This document shows positions 28,192-36,456 of a DNA stretch of 36,656 bases, piece by piece. How positions within the stretch are numbered: the first letter of the stretch is position 1; each line of letters starts with the position of its first letter. The notes under the pieces are model-generated. The model saw only the letters and a program-made list of their open reading frames with translations. It made no database searches and was not told where the DNA came from. The DNA comes from a virus (taxonomy: Duplodnaviria > Caudoviricetes), in IMG/VR virus record IMGVR_UViG_3300032281_001375, positions 1 through 36,656 of that record; one strand, 5' to 3'. Both the position numbers and the translations under genes were made by a program.

Positions 28192-28901
28192 CCTTTCCCG
28201 TATTTTTCCACACTGGATCTGATTCTTTTGATGTGACCTTCGAGTTGTTCAAATTTTTTTGTAAAGTCTTTATCAAAATTATATAAGTCTTCCATAGTTA
28301 ATTGTGTCATTTCAGAATCTCTTTCCCCTGAAGTTTCGGATTTCTTTTTCCAAATTTGAATAAGTTTTTTAGGATCATACTTATTCTTCGGATGTTGTGA
28401 ATATAAAAATTGAGGTAAAACAGAAAAGTGAATTCTATGTGCTTTTACTATCTGAATCGCGTTATATTCTATAAGACAATATTCTAACCTCATTCTTTTT
28501 AATTCATTATACATTGGTTCATATTTAACTTTAATAAAGTGATTACCTTTAAGTCTCTCGGCTTTTTCAAAGTCGTCTTCTGAAATATACTTATCAAAGA
28601 TAGCTACTCTTACTTCTAAGGGTAAAAAGTTAAAATTTACACAAAGAAGAATTATCTGATCTCCATATTTTTTAACATCTGCTACTAATACGGGAGACCA
28701 TTTAATCCAATTAGAATCATCTAAGTAGTGAAAAAAGTAAAATCCGCCTTTTTTAATATCTCTTAATGATGTTGCTTTCACATAATCATCTGTCTTTAGA
28801 TACTTCTGGTAGAAATCTAAAGAATTTTCTTTGAAATAGCTCGGTATATCATTTGCCTTAACAAGATTGTTTAATTTAAGTCTTTCGTATAGTCCTCCCA
28901 T
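28188..28901 (-). CDS. DNA end protector-like protein (T4 gp2-like)
   Basis: GGFYFFHY...WSPVL...VNFNFLPLEVR resembles gp2; adjacent to a gp4-like gene; start placed at ATG 28901 downstream of the promoter motif. Confidence 0.55.
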   Translation of the reverse strand: MGGLYERLKLNNLVKANDIPSYFKENSLDFYQKYLKTDDYVKATSLRDIKKGGFYFFHYLDDSNWIKWSPVLVADVKKYGDQIILLCVNFNFLPLEVRVAIFDKYISEDDFEKAERLKGNHFIKVKYEPMYNELKRMRLEYCLIEYNAIQIVKAHRIHFSVLPQFLYSQHPKNKYDPKKLIQIWKKKSETSGERDSEMTQLTMEDLYNFDKDFTKKFEQLEGHIKRIRSSVEKYGKG

Positions 28902-28914
28902 AAGGTTTTTATTT

Positions 28915-28930
28915 TTTTTATATATAAAAA
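28915..28930. promoter_or_regulatory. Palindromic bidirectional promoter candidate TTTTTATATATAAAAA
   Basis: Sits in the 46-nt gap between the divergent gp2-like and gp4-like genes. Confidence 0.55.
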
Positions 28931-28947
28931 TAAACATATTCTATAGT

Positions 28948-29475
28948 ATGCTTAATTCAAAGCCAAATAATAGTAATTATAATCAAGGTAATTATGTTCC
29001 AAAAAATAAAGACAAAGTTCTGAAGTTGAATAACAATGGAGGAGTTTATTTTAGAAGTAGTTGGGAAAAGAAAATAATGACTTGGTTAGATCTTAATGAG
29101 AAAATAATCAAATGGGGAGCTGAGTGTATGAAAATACCTTATCAAATGACACATTTTGATAATGGTGATACAAGAGTAAAAGAGCATTGTTATTATCCAG
29201 ACTTTTATTATGAGATGAGATTGCAAAATGGAGATTTAAAACAAGTTGTTGTTGAAGTAAAACCTATGAAAGAGTATAATATGGTTCTTGCTTTAAATGA
29301 AGGTAGACTAAGTGTTCCTGAAGACAAAGGTAAAAAACTCAAAAACTTTGAATATGATTTGAAAATGGCTTATAAGAATAAGCAAAAGTGGGAAACTATG
29401 ATTAATTGGTGTAAATTGAAAGGTTATGAATTTATAATCATTACGGAAGACCACTTAAAAAAGTTTAATCTTTAA
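28948..29475 (+). CDS. Head completion nuclease (T4 gp4-like, TnsA-type PD-(D/E)xK)
   Basis: YFRSSWE, WGAE..KIPY, YYPDFY, VEVKP, N.QKW, F.IITE; likely start ATG 28948. Confidence 0.85.
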   Translation: MLNSKPNNSNYNQGNYVPKNKDKVLKLNNNGGVYFRSSWEKKIMTWLDLNEKIIKWGAECMKIPYQMTHFDNGDTRVKEHCYYPDFYYEMRLQNGDLKQVVVEVKPMKEYNMVLALNEGRLSVPEDKGKKLKNFEYDLKMAYKNKQKWETMINWCKLKGYEFIIITEDHLKKFNL

Positions 29476-29792
29476 GAAAATAGATAAAACAATAACACTA
29501 AAATTGTTAATGGTGGAACTAATCGGTGGTAAACTAAAGAAAATCTCTTACTAACTAAATAGATTGGAATTCTAAATAAGATTAAAGAAGAAAGTATTAG
29601 AATAAAGATTGAGTAGAAATTAAAAATACCAATAACAAGCCAAATAATGTAACCAACTTTTAACATATAGTGAAATAAGTCAAGTTTATTATTTTTATCT
29701 CTCATTTTAAAAGGTTCATCAAGTCTTTTATAATTTAGAATATAATAGAGGCTGTTTAAAATAAATAAAATAGATAAAATTTTAAAAATCAT
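29472..29792 (-). CDS. Small membrane protein
   Basis: Several hydrophobic segments in 106 aa. Confidence 0.55.
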   Translation of the reverse strand: MIFKILSILFILNSLYYILNYKRLDEPFKMRDKNNKLDLFHYMLKVGYIIWLVIGIFNFYSIFILILSSLILFRIPIYLVSKRFSLVYHRLVPPLTILVLLFYLFS

Positions 29793-30094
29793 AGAACAAT
29801 AATATCTTTTAAACCCATTAGATTATTCATTTCTATTTCTGATAGTCTAATGTTTTTTTTCTTTTCTAAAATATCATAGATAGAATCTGGTATAGATACT
29901 TCTGATGGTAATCCAACTGGATGGTCTTCTTCTTGTAGACTAACAAATTTATTTCTTTCATTCATGTCTATATGTAAAGAACAACCATCTGATTGATGTA
30001 AATCATTATCAAAATTTTCCCATAATTGAATTAGCACTTCGTTCATATCCTTTATTTTATACAAATATATCATAAAAACTAAACTTTGTTTCAA
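29789..30094 (-). CDS. Hypothetical protein (true start probably internal, MNEVL)
   Basis: ORF with ATGA overlap to the downstream gene. Confidence 0.5.
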   Translation of the reverse strand: MKQSLVFMIYLYKIKDMNEVLIQLWENFDNDLHQSDGCSLHIDMNERNKFVSLQEEDHPVGLPSEVSIPDSIYDILEKKKNIRLSEIEMNNLMGLKDIIVL

Positions 30095-30122
30095 AAATAT
30101 ATAAAAATAAAAAAAACACTAT

Positions 30123-31220
30123 ATGAAAGTTAAATTAGAGTATATTTGGTTAGACGGATCCGAACCACAGCAACTTAGAAGTAAGACTAAAATTGTATCA
30201 TTCAAAACTTCGGAAAACAATATTTCACATTATTCAATGTGGTCTTTTGATGGTAGTTCTACTTTACAAGCTAAAGCTGGAAAAGGTCAGAATACCGACT
30301 GTCTACTTAAACCAGTATTTGTTGTGGATGATCCTTTTAGGGGAAATCCTCATAAATTGGTTCTTTGTGAGGTATTGAATCCAGATGGAACACCACATAA
30401 AACTAACAACAGAATAAAACTAGCCGAAACCGTTAAAGAATTGTGTTTAGATAATCTTTCTAAAAATGATGCACCTTGGTTTGGTTGGGAACAAGAATAT
30501 ACTCTAACGCATAAACCTGAGGTTCCATTTGGAATAGGAGAAGGTATTCCATTAGGATTTACTTTAGATCCACACTCAGGATATTTAGCAAACATACCTA
30601 GACCTCAAGGTGATTACTATTGCGGAATTGGATCAGATAACGTAGTTGGTAGAGATATTGTTGAAGAGCATATGAATATGTGTATGGAAATTGGTTTAGA
30701 TATTTCAGGAATTAACGCAGAAGTTCTTTTAGGACAATGGGAATATCAAATTGGACCAGTGACTGCGTTAGAAGGTTCTGACCAATTGTGGATTTCACGT
30801 TACTTATTACAAAGAGTAGCTGAAAAATATAATATAAAAGTTTCCTTACATCCTAAACCATTAAAAGGTGATTGGAATGGAACTGGATGTCATGTTAATT
30901 TCTCCAATAAAGAAATGAGAGAAGAAAATGGTTTAGATATTATTAAAGAATCTATGATTAAATTAGAAAGATATCAAAAAGAACACATCGATATTTATGG
31001 ATTACATAATGACCAAAGATTGACAGGTGAACATGAGACATCCAGTATTAATGACTTTAGTTATGGGTTTTCTACAAGAGACACTTCTATTAGAATACCA
31101 GCTCAAGCAATTATTGAAGGCAAAGGATATTTTGAAGATAGAAGACCAGCTTCTAACTGTGATCCTTATTTGGTCTCAGATAGAATGTTATCTACTGTTT
31201 ATTCAGAGGTAAATGTTTAA
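30123..31220 (+). CDS. glnII: Glutamine synthetase type II
   Basis: LEYIWLDG, WSFDGSST.QA, WFGWEQEY, GINAEV..GQWEYQIGP, DWNGTGCH, RLTGEHET, YFEDRRPASNCDPY; 365 aa. Confidence 0.93.
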   Translation: MKVKLEYIWLDGSEPQQLRSKTKIVSFKTSENNISHYSMWSFDGSSTLQAKAGKGQNTDCLLKPVFVVDDPFRGNPHKLVLCEVLNPDGTPHKTNNRIKLAETVKELCLDNLSKNDAPWFGWEQEYTLTHKPEVPFGIGEGIPLGFTLDPHSGYLANIPRPQGDYYCGIGSDNVVGRDIVEEHMNMCMEIGLDISGINAEVLLGQWEYQIGPVTALEGSDQLWISRYLLQRVAEKYNIKVSLHPKPLKGDWNGTGCHVNFSNKEMREENGLDIIKESMIKLERYQKEHIDIYGLHNDQRLTGEHETSSINDFSYGFSTRDTSIRIPAQAIIEGKGYFEDRRPASNCDPYLVSDRMLSTVYSEVNV

Positions 31221-31235
31221 TTATTTTATGTAACT

Positions 31236-31265
31236 AAAAACCCACTCAATTGAGTGGGTTTTTTT
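31236..31265. terminator. Bidirectional terminator between convergent genes
   Basis: Perfect palindrome AAAAACCCACTCAATTGAGTGGGTTTTT with flanking A/T runs. Confidence 0.88.
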
Positions 31266-31277
31266 ATGTTTATGATT

Positions 31278-31643
31278 TTAGATTGAGTGTAAACCTTGTC
31301 CGTCATTACTTCCTTCAATTGATAAAAGTTTAATCAGGTTATCATTATCTCCTTTTTTCTTATAAAGTTCGTTAAATCCTTTTGCTATGCCTCTTTTGAA
31401 TACTTCGGTGAAGTAAGCAAAGGCGTTGACTGATTTATCTTCATTGAAATTATACCAGTTTTGGAACATATCCAATAGTCCTGATTGATAACAGTCTAGT
31501 TTATCATCGTTTGACCAGTATCTCATTTTTTTGATTGTTTTCTTTGCTAGAAGTTCTAGCATTTTATCTGCGTTTCTTGTTAATTTTCCTTGTGCTTTTG
31601 ACACTATAATCTCGACATAGAGATCCTTGTTATTTAAATAAAT
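31278..31643 (-). CDS. Late-transcription sigma factor (T4 gp55-like); start uncertain, candidate ATT
   Basis: The frame extends upstream of the track's GTG to give IYLNNKDLYVEII; NFNEDKSVNAFAYFTE matches the gp55 Y.NNK.L and N.FAYFT motifs. Confidence 0.72.
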   Translation of the reverse strand: MYLNNKDLYVEIIVSKAQGKLTRNADKMLELLAKKTIKKMRYWSNDDKLDCYQSGLLDMFQNWYNFNEDKSVNAFAYFTEVFKRGIAKGFNELYKKKGDNDNLIKLLSIEGSNDGQGLHSI

Positions 31644-31726
31644 GGCTCATGGATTAATTTTTGGAATAAAAAACCTTTTCTGGATTTTTTATTTAATTCT
31701 ATTAGTTTTTTAATTTGTTTTCATGT

Positions 31727-31735
31727 TATATATTA
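31727..31735 (-). promoter_or_regulatory. TAATATATA putative late promoter
   Basis: After a terminator, upstream of the gp55-like gene. Confidence 0.55.
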
Positions 31736-31759
31736 ATTTATTGAAAAAGTTTATAAAAC

Positions 31760-31787
31760 AAAAAAACCCTCTTAAAAGAGGGTTTTT
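31760..31787 (-). terminator. Intrinsic terminator
   Basis: AAAAAAACCCTCTT-AA-AAGAGGGTTTTT downstream of the 33089-31806 gene. Confidence 0.8.
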
Positions 31788-31805
31788 AATTTAATTTTTA
31801 ATAGA

Positions 31806-33089
31806 TTACAATTTTAATCTTTCTTTATATTGAACTTCTTTAACTCCATCTAACTCAGATGAAAGAGAATTAGATCTTTTTTCTAAGTTTTTAAGTGCTG
31901 TAGTCAAAACCTCAGATTCTCCAATTAATTGAATAGATCCTTTAATTTTTTCAATATTAAAGTTTACGTCTTCTAATTTTAAAGTGATTTCTCTTTCTTT
32001 ATCTTCTAATTTTCTTTTAACAACTAATTCTTTAGAAAGTTTATTTTCATAGAAATAAGTTAAGTCATAATTTAATTCATTTCTTACTTCATTTACTAAT
32101 TCTAAAGCTGATTCGTATTTAAAGAATGAGTTACCATATCTTTCATCACATCTGTAAAGATAAGTGTTGTTTTTGTAATTGAATGCATAACACTCTAAAC
32201 AAGGATTGATTAGGTTACCAATTCTTTTAACAACGTCTAATTCAACAAATTTATCTAAGTTTTGAGAAACTTCTAATAAAACAGGGTAGAAATTTTTGTT
32301 AACAATTGGAACGATAGGAGAAGAAAAAAGAGACTCTAAAGTTGTATCTTCATTTAATTCATCATCATTGATAAAGATACCACCTTTTTTAGCAACTGAA
32401 AGTCCAAGTGTTAAATATTCAGAAATTCTAAAATTAACTCTATCTTCTGAAACTTCTGCATATTTCATAGCAGTTTCTAAAGTTCTTAAACTTCTTAATT
32501 CTTCTTCATCTTTAATATGAGTTTCAATTAAAGTTTTCTCAATTGAGTTTTCTGTTAAAAGAAACCAAGAATCTCTGATTAATGCGATATGACCATCTTC
32601 TACTGATTCAACAAGTGAATAAACGGATTCGCCTTTACCACCACTAAGAAGATTTGATCTTTTCTCAGGAGTTGTTGTTAAATTATGAACAAAAAGTTTA
32701 ATCTCAGGAACCCAATCATAAATAGCTAACTCGTTTAGAACTTTTGACATTCTGTCTTGGTCATTTTCTAAATTAATTGTTTGTAAAAGAACGTTAATTG
32801 GTTGTCTATAAAGTTCTCCTTGATTTTTTGAGTTTAAAACATTATACAAATTTTTCAATTCATATAATAACTCATAGTTAGCCATATCATCATTTAGAGA
32901 TTCTAAAAGAGATTTCACACTTTTATCGTATGTATAAGCTTTAAGTTTTTCATTAAGTGAATTAATGATAGTCTTTTCAGAATGTTCATTAGAAGCATTC
33001 ATGTGACCCTCTACTATAGTAGAAACCTCTTCTTGATCAAGGGAGAGATTCTTTCTGAAATTAAACAACTCGAGTTTAAGATTCTTCAT
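31806..33089 (-). CDS. Hypothetical protein, helical with C-terminal coiled coil (possibly virion or prohead)
   Basis: 427-aa ORF with its own TAATATATA motif and terminator. Confidence 0.65.
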   Translation of the reverse strand: MKNLKLELFNFRKNLSLDQEEVSTIVEGHMNASNEHSEKTIINSLNEKLKAYTYDKSVKSLLESLNDDMANYELLYELKNLYNVLNSKNQGELYRQPINVLLQTINLENDQDRMSKVLNELAIYDWVPEIKLFVHNLTTTPEKRSNLLSGGKGESVYSLVESVEDGHIALIRDSWFLLTENSIEKTLIETHIKDEEELRSLRTLETAMKYAEVSEDRVNFRISEYLTLGLSVAKKGGIFINDDELNEDTTLESLFSSPIVPIVNKNFYPVLLEVSQNLDKFVELDVVKRIGNLINPCLECYAFNYKNNTYLYRCDERYGNSFFKYESALELVNEVRNELNYDLTYFYENKLSKELVVKRKLEDKEREITLKLEDVNFNIEKIKGSIQLIGESEVLTTALKNLEKRSNSLSSELDGVKEVQYKERLKL

Positions 33090-33119
33090 ATTTATAATAT
33101 TTTTTTTTCTTTATTAATC

Positions 33120-33128
33120 TATATATTA
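33120..33128 (-). promoter_or_regulatory. TAATATATA putative late promoter
   Basis: Upstream of ATG 33089. Confidence 0.6.
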
Positions 33129-33160
33129 AGACAAAAAAGTCAATTTTTACCATTTTATTT

Positions 33161-34363
33161 TTAAATAGGATTGGGATTTATTGGGGGATTAGTACCTCCA
33201 TTATTACCAGGAGCTGGATTGCCAGCATTAGGATTGGTTAGAGGAGCCGACGCTTTTTGTCTAGCTTGTAGTATATTATTGAACCATCTTGTTCTTTTTG
33301 GTGCAATTAGATAGTAATCAGGATCATCTGAAAAACTACCATTTATGATTCTTCTTGATGGATCTGATCCTAATGGTGAAGCACTTCTACCAAAGAAACT
33401 ACTGCTTGTTAATCCAATTGGATATGTAGATCCACTAGTTCCATCGGTTCCAGCGGTTCCGCCGGTTCCTGATGTGCCTGAAGAACCAGAAGATGAACCA
33501 GCTCCTTCTCCATCTCTACCACCAGATCCGTCTCTATTTTCAGTGCCTCCTACTGATCCAACTGATCCTGGAATAGACGATGATGGAAATTCCCAAGGTG
33601 TTCCATTAATTGGGTCTCTTGGTGCACCACCTGGTTGTCCAAAGAAGTCGCTGAATCCACCGTCTATAGGGAATCCATTTAAGTCAGACATTCCGGTTCC
33701 GTATTGTCTTGGATATCCTGCCATATTGACTCTATCTTTTCTGAAAGCTGGATAATAAGTACTAACTTCAAAAGAAGCTTTTAGTTTTATATTATTATCA
33801 GATGTTAGATTTTTTTCTCTACTCATTTCAATTTGATTCGTATCTGGCATTAAAATAACAGCATCAATATTCATAAAATTATGTTCAAAATACATAAACT
33901 TATAAATCCACATAGTATCCATAATAGCCTGAGCACATTTGAAAGTGTCAATTTCACTTGAAAGTGTAATTGTGAGTTCATAATTAACCGTAATTGGAAT
34001 TGCTCTAACTTTCGCTAAAACTTTTCTAATTTCAACTTCATTTTCTACGACCATTCTTAACCAAACGTTTGGATTGGCGAACTCATCGGATTTTATGTTG
34101 AATCCGGTCATTGTTAAGTGACCTCTTGGAATCTGATCGGTGTTTAATTCGACAAATCTATTCTCAGAAACTACGTCATCTGAAAAAGAATCTAATAAGA
34201 ATCTTTCATCGCCGGTTAAAGAGTAATAAAATGGAACATTTACTGCTACATTACCAGAAGAGAATTTGTTAACCCATCTTACTTGTCCTTCAAATGTGTC
34301 GAGAACACACACTGTTAAATCTCTAAAGAAAACATCTTCAAAATTAAATCTTTCTCCTATCAT
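33161..34363 (-). CDS. Tail sheath stabiliser/terminator-like protein (T4 gp15-like) with Gly/Pro-rich extension
   Basis: FFRDLTV..L..F, VPFYY....ERFL, IPRG, AIPITVNYEL.I pattern resembles gp15. Confidence 0.6.
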   Translation of the reverse strand: MIGERFNFEDVFFRDLTVCVLDTFEGQVRWVNKFSSGNVAVNVPFYYSLTGDERFLLDSFSDDVVSENRFVELNTDQIPRGHLTMTGFNIKSDEFANPNVWLRMVVENEVEIRKVLAKVRAIPITVNYELTITLSSEIDTFKCAQAIMDTMWIYKFMYFEHNFMNIDAVILMPDTNQIEMSREKNLTSDNNIKLKASFEVSTYYPAFRKDRVNMAGYPRQYGTGMSDLNGFPIDGGFSDFFGQPGGAPRDPINGTPWEFPSSSIPGSVGSVGGTENRDGSGGRDGEGAGSSSGSSGTSGTGGTAGTDGTSGSTYPIGLTSSSFFGRSASPLGSDPSRRIINGSFSDDPDYYLIAPKRTRWFNNILQARQKASAPLTNPNAGNPAPGNNGGTNPPINPNPI

Positions 34364-34434
34364 ATAATTATATATAAAAAGTCATCTACTACATTTATTT
34401 TTTAACTTTACTCTCATTTTTGGATATAAGTTTT

Positions 34435-35400
34435 ATGAGTTCAGTTAATCAATTACTTTTATGGGAAAAATGGAGACCAAAGTCTATTGAAGATATAGTA
34501 TTATTGCCAAGAATTAGAAACCATTTTGAAAATGGAATTACTAGTAATTTTATATTTTATGGTCATTATGGAACAGGAAAAACCAGTTTAGCTAGAATAT
34601 TAATTGGTAAATACACAAAAGATAAACCCTTTTTAGAGTTAAATTCATCTTTATTTACTTCTATTGATGTTTTGAGAACTCAAATTGAAGATTTTTGTAA
34701 GCATACTCCAATGATGGATACAGATTCTGATATTAAATACATCTTTTTAGATGAGTTTGAGAGAGTATCTTCTCAATTTCAAGATGCTTTTAAAGCATTT
34801 ATTGAAAAATATAACAGAAATGTTAGATTTATTATTACAACTAATCATATAAATAAAATTTCTGAAGGTATTAAGTCAAGAATACCACAAATAAACTTTG
34901 ATTGTGTTGATGTTGAAGAAGAAAGATTCCTTAAACAGGAGATTTTTAAAAGAATTAAAAATGTAATACTACCTCAGGAGAATATTACTATTCCAAAGGA
35001 AAATTTAATCGCGATTATTACAAAGAAATTTCCAGATTTCAGGAGTATAATGGTTGAGTTACAAAGTTTTATTTCTACCGGAAGCCTATCAAAAGAATAT
35101 TCAGGTGTTTCAAATAAAGTTAAGTTGGAGTTATTTGAAATGTTATATGATAAGTCTTATGATTATGAAAAACTTTGGCATTTTATAAATAATATTTTTG
35201 GAGCTGAAAGAATAGATGTTCTTTTTAAACTTTTAGGTAAGACTTTTGTTAATTGGTCTATCGAAAATGGTAAAAACATTGATAAGTTATTTATTTGTAA
35301 TTATATTCTCTCAGATTATTCTTCGAAGCTTGACTCTGTTTCTGATCCACTAATTCTTGCAATGACCGTTATTGGTAAATATAGAGATACCTTAATATAA
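34435..35400 (+). CDS. Clamp loader AAA+ subunit (T4 gp44/RFC-like)
   Basis: WEKWRPK, Walker A GHYGTGKTS, Walker B FLDEFE, IKSR, FPDFR; likely start ATG 34435. Confidence 0.9.
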   Translation: MSSVNQLLLWEKWRPKSIEDIVLLPRIRNHFENGITSNFIFYGHYGTGKTSLARILIGKYTKDKPFLELNSSLFTSIDVLRTQIEDFCKHTPMMDTDSDIKYIFLDEFERVSSQFQDAFKAFIEKYNRNVRFIITTNHINKISEGIKSRIPQINFDCVDVEEERFLKQEIFKRIKNVILPQENITIPKENLIAIITKKFPDFRSIMVELQSFISTGSLSKEYSGVSNKVKLELFEMLYDKSYDYEKLWHFINNIFGAERIDVLFKLLGKTFVNWSIENGKNIDKLFICNYILSDYSSKLDSVSDPLILAMTVIGKYRDTLI

Positions 35401-35406
35401 TATATA
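35398..35406 (+). promoter_or_regulatory. TAATATATA putative late promoter
   Basis: 5 nt before the gp25-like ATG. Confidence 0.65.
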
Positions 35407-35411
35407 AGTCT

Positions 35412-35786
35412 ATGGCTAGTAGTTTCATAGATTTTTATATAGGTTACCCAGGACATCCTAGATTCAGAGACCCTGAATTAATAGAGGATGATGCTATTAG
35501 AGTTATTGTTCAAAAATATGAAATGATTCTTTTCACTAATAAAGGTGAGGTTTTTGGTGAACCAAATCTTGGTGCTGATTTGTATGAGTTACTACATGAA
35601 ACTAGACTTTCTGCTGAATCAATACAATCTGATATAATTTCACAAATAAATACATATATTTCAGAAATTAAAGGAATTGAGTATACAGTAGAAGTAGAAT
35701 TTTTTGACCATCCTGAAAAACACGAGGAATTTATGACTATTGATTTTACAATTGCTGGATATGAAGTAAATGCTGTTGTTACTTAA
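35412..35786 (+). CDS. Baseplate wedge gp25-like protein
   Basis: ILFTNKGEVFGEPNLGADLYELL motif; 124 aa. Confidence 0.75.
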   Translation: MASSFIDFYIGYPGHPRFRDPELIEDDAIRVIVQKYEMILFTNKGEVFGEPNLGADLYELLHETRLSAESIQSDIISQINTYISEIKGIEYTVEVEFFDHPEKHEEFMTIDFTIAGYEVNAVVT

Positions 35787-36393
35787 TTGGACAACTCGAT
35801 GCTGTATAGATAAACTTATAATCTCTTTTGATTTTCACTCCTAAACTTTCTGCAGTTGTTACTACATCTTCTAAACATTCTGAGTCTGCCCCACCAACTA
35901 TAGTAACTTCTCTACCTTTTAATTCTTTTAATAGTTCATATAATTTAATTGGGCAGTGAAACCAAACATGTTTGTTGTTTATAAAAGTAATTATTGTTCC
36001 TTCTTTTGTTGAGAAAATATCTCCTTTTTTTAATAACTTCTTTTCTTCTTTATCGAAAATATCATTATAAACTTCTTTATTTAATATTTTCTTATAAAAA
36101 TCAACATCAACATCATAGTTGTATCTTTTTTCGATAAGATCTTTTTGATTTGGGAAATGATAAATATCTTTGTGAATTGGAATATCAGGATTTTCGTCGT
36201 ATAGGTAGTCTTTTTCTACATTTTTCCCGTCTATGTGATTGTCCCAAATTTGATAAACATTATTGAAATTATTACAATATTTTTTCAATTCGTTTAAATA
36301 CATTTCTGAAAAGTATTTTTTAAATGATTTTTGAACATCAACTATTATCAAAGTATCTTGATTATAACTTTCAAAAGTTTTAAGAAATTTCAT
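35779..36393 (-). CDS. Isochorismatase/cysteine hydrolase-like protein with CTS-like N-terminus
   Basis: LIIVDVQ and VTIVGGADSECLEDV; begins MKFLKTFESY. Confidence 0.7.
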   Translation of the reverse strand: MKFLKTFESYNQDTLIIVDVQKSFKKYFSEMYLNELKKYCNNFNNVYQIWDNHIDGKNVEKDYLYDENPDIPIHKDIYHFPNQKDLIEKRYNYDVDVDFYKKILNKEVYNDIFDKEEKKLLKKGDIFSTKEGTIITFINNKHVWFHCPIKLYELLKELKGREVTIVGGADSECLEDVVTTAESLGVKIKRDYKFIYTASSCPIK

Positions 36394-36397
36394 AAAT

Positions 36398-36406
36398 TAT
36401 ATATTA
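36398..36406 (-). promoter_or_regulatory. TAATATATA putative late promoter
   Basis: After a terminator, 4 nt before ATG 36393. Confidence 0.65.
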
Positions 36407-36409
36407 AAT

Positions 36410-36437
36410 AAAAAAACCCATCATTTCTGATGGGTTT
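36410..36437 (-). terminator. Intrinsic terminator
   Basis: AAAAAAACCCATCA-TTTC-TGATGGGTTT. Confidence 0.8.
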
Positions 36438-36456
36438 AAAGTTTATAGTAGTAAAA

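Noticed and set aside
28948-29475. TnsA transposase or Tn7 element
   Set aside because: No TnsB/C or transposon ends; motifs and the gp2-like neighbour fit the gp4 head completion nuclease.
14348-31220. Bacterial chromosome or prophage boundary suggested by rnr, ssrA and glnII
   Set aside because: These genes are interleaved with T4-like core genes and share the same composition and terminator style; no integrase or att duplication of the tmRNA 3' end was seen.
31636-31724. T4 gene 60-style ribosomal hop from MKTN* into the sigma frame
   Set aside because: Landing at the matching AAT would drop the conserved YL, and no take-off hairpin is evident.
18163-33755. Short alternative-frame or antisense ORFs (18163, 18169, 19076, 20272, 23917, 26027, 26214, 27551, 30193, 30350, 31027, 32296, 32982, 33345)
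   Set aside because: Overlap well-supported genes and show no recognisable motifs; 2828-3028 and 5590-5784 were rejected likewise.
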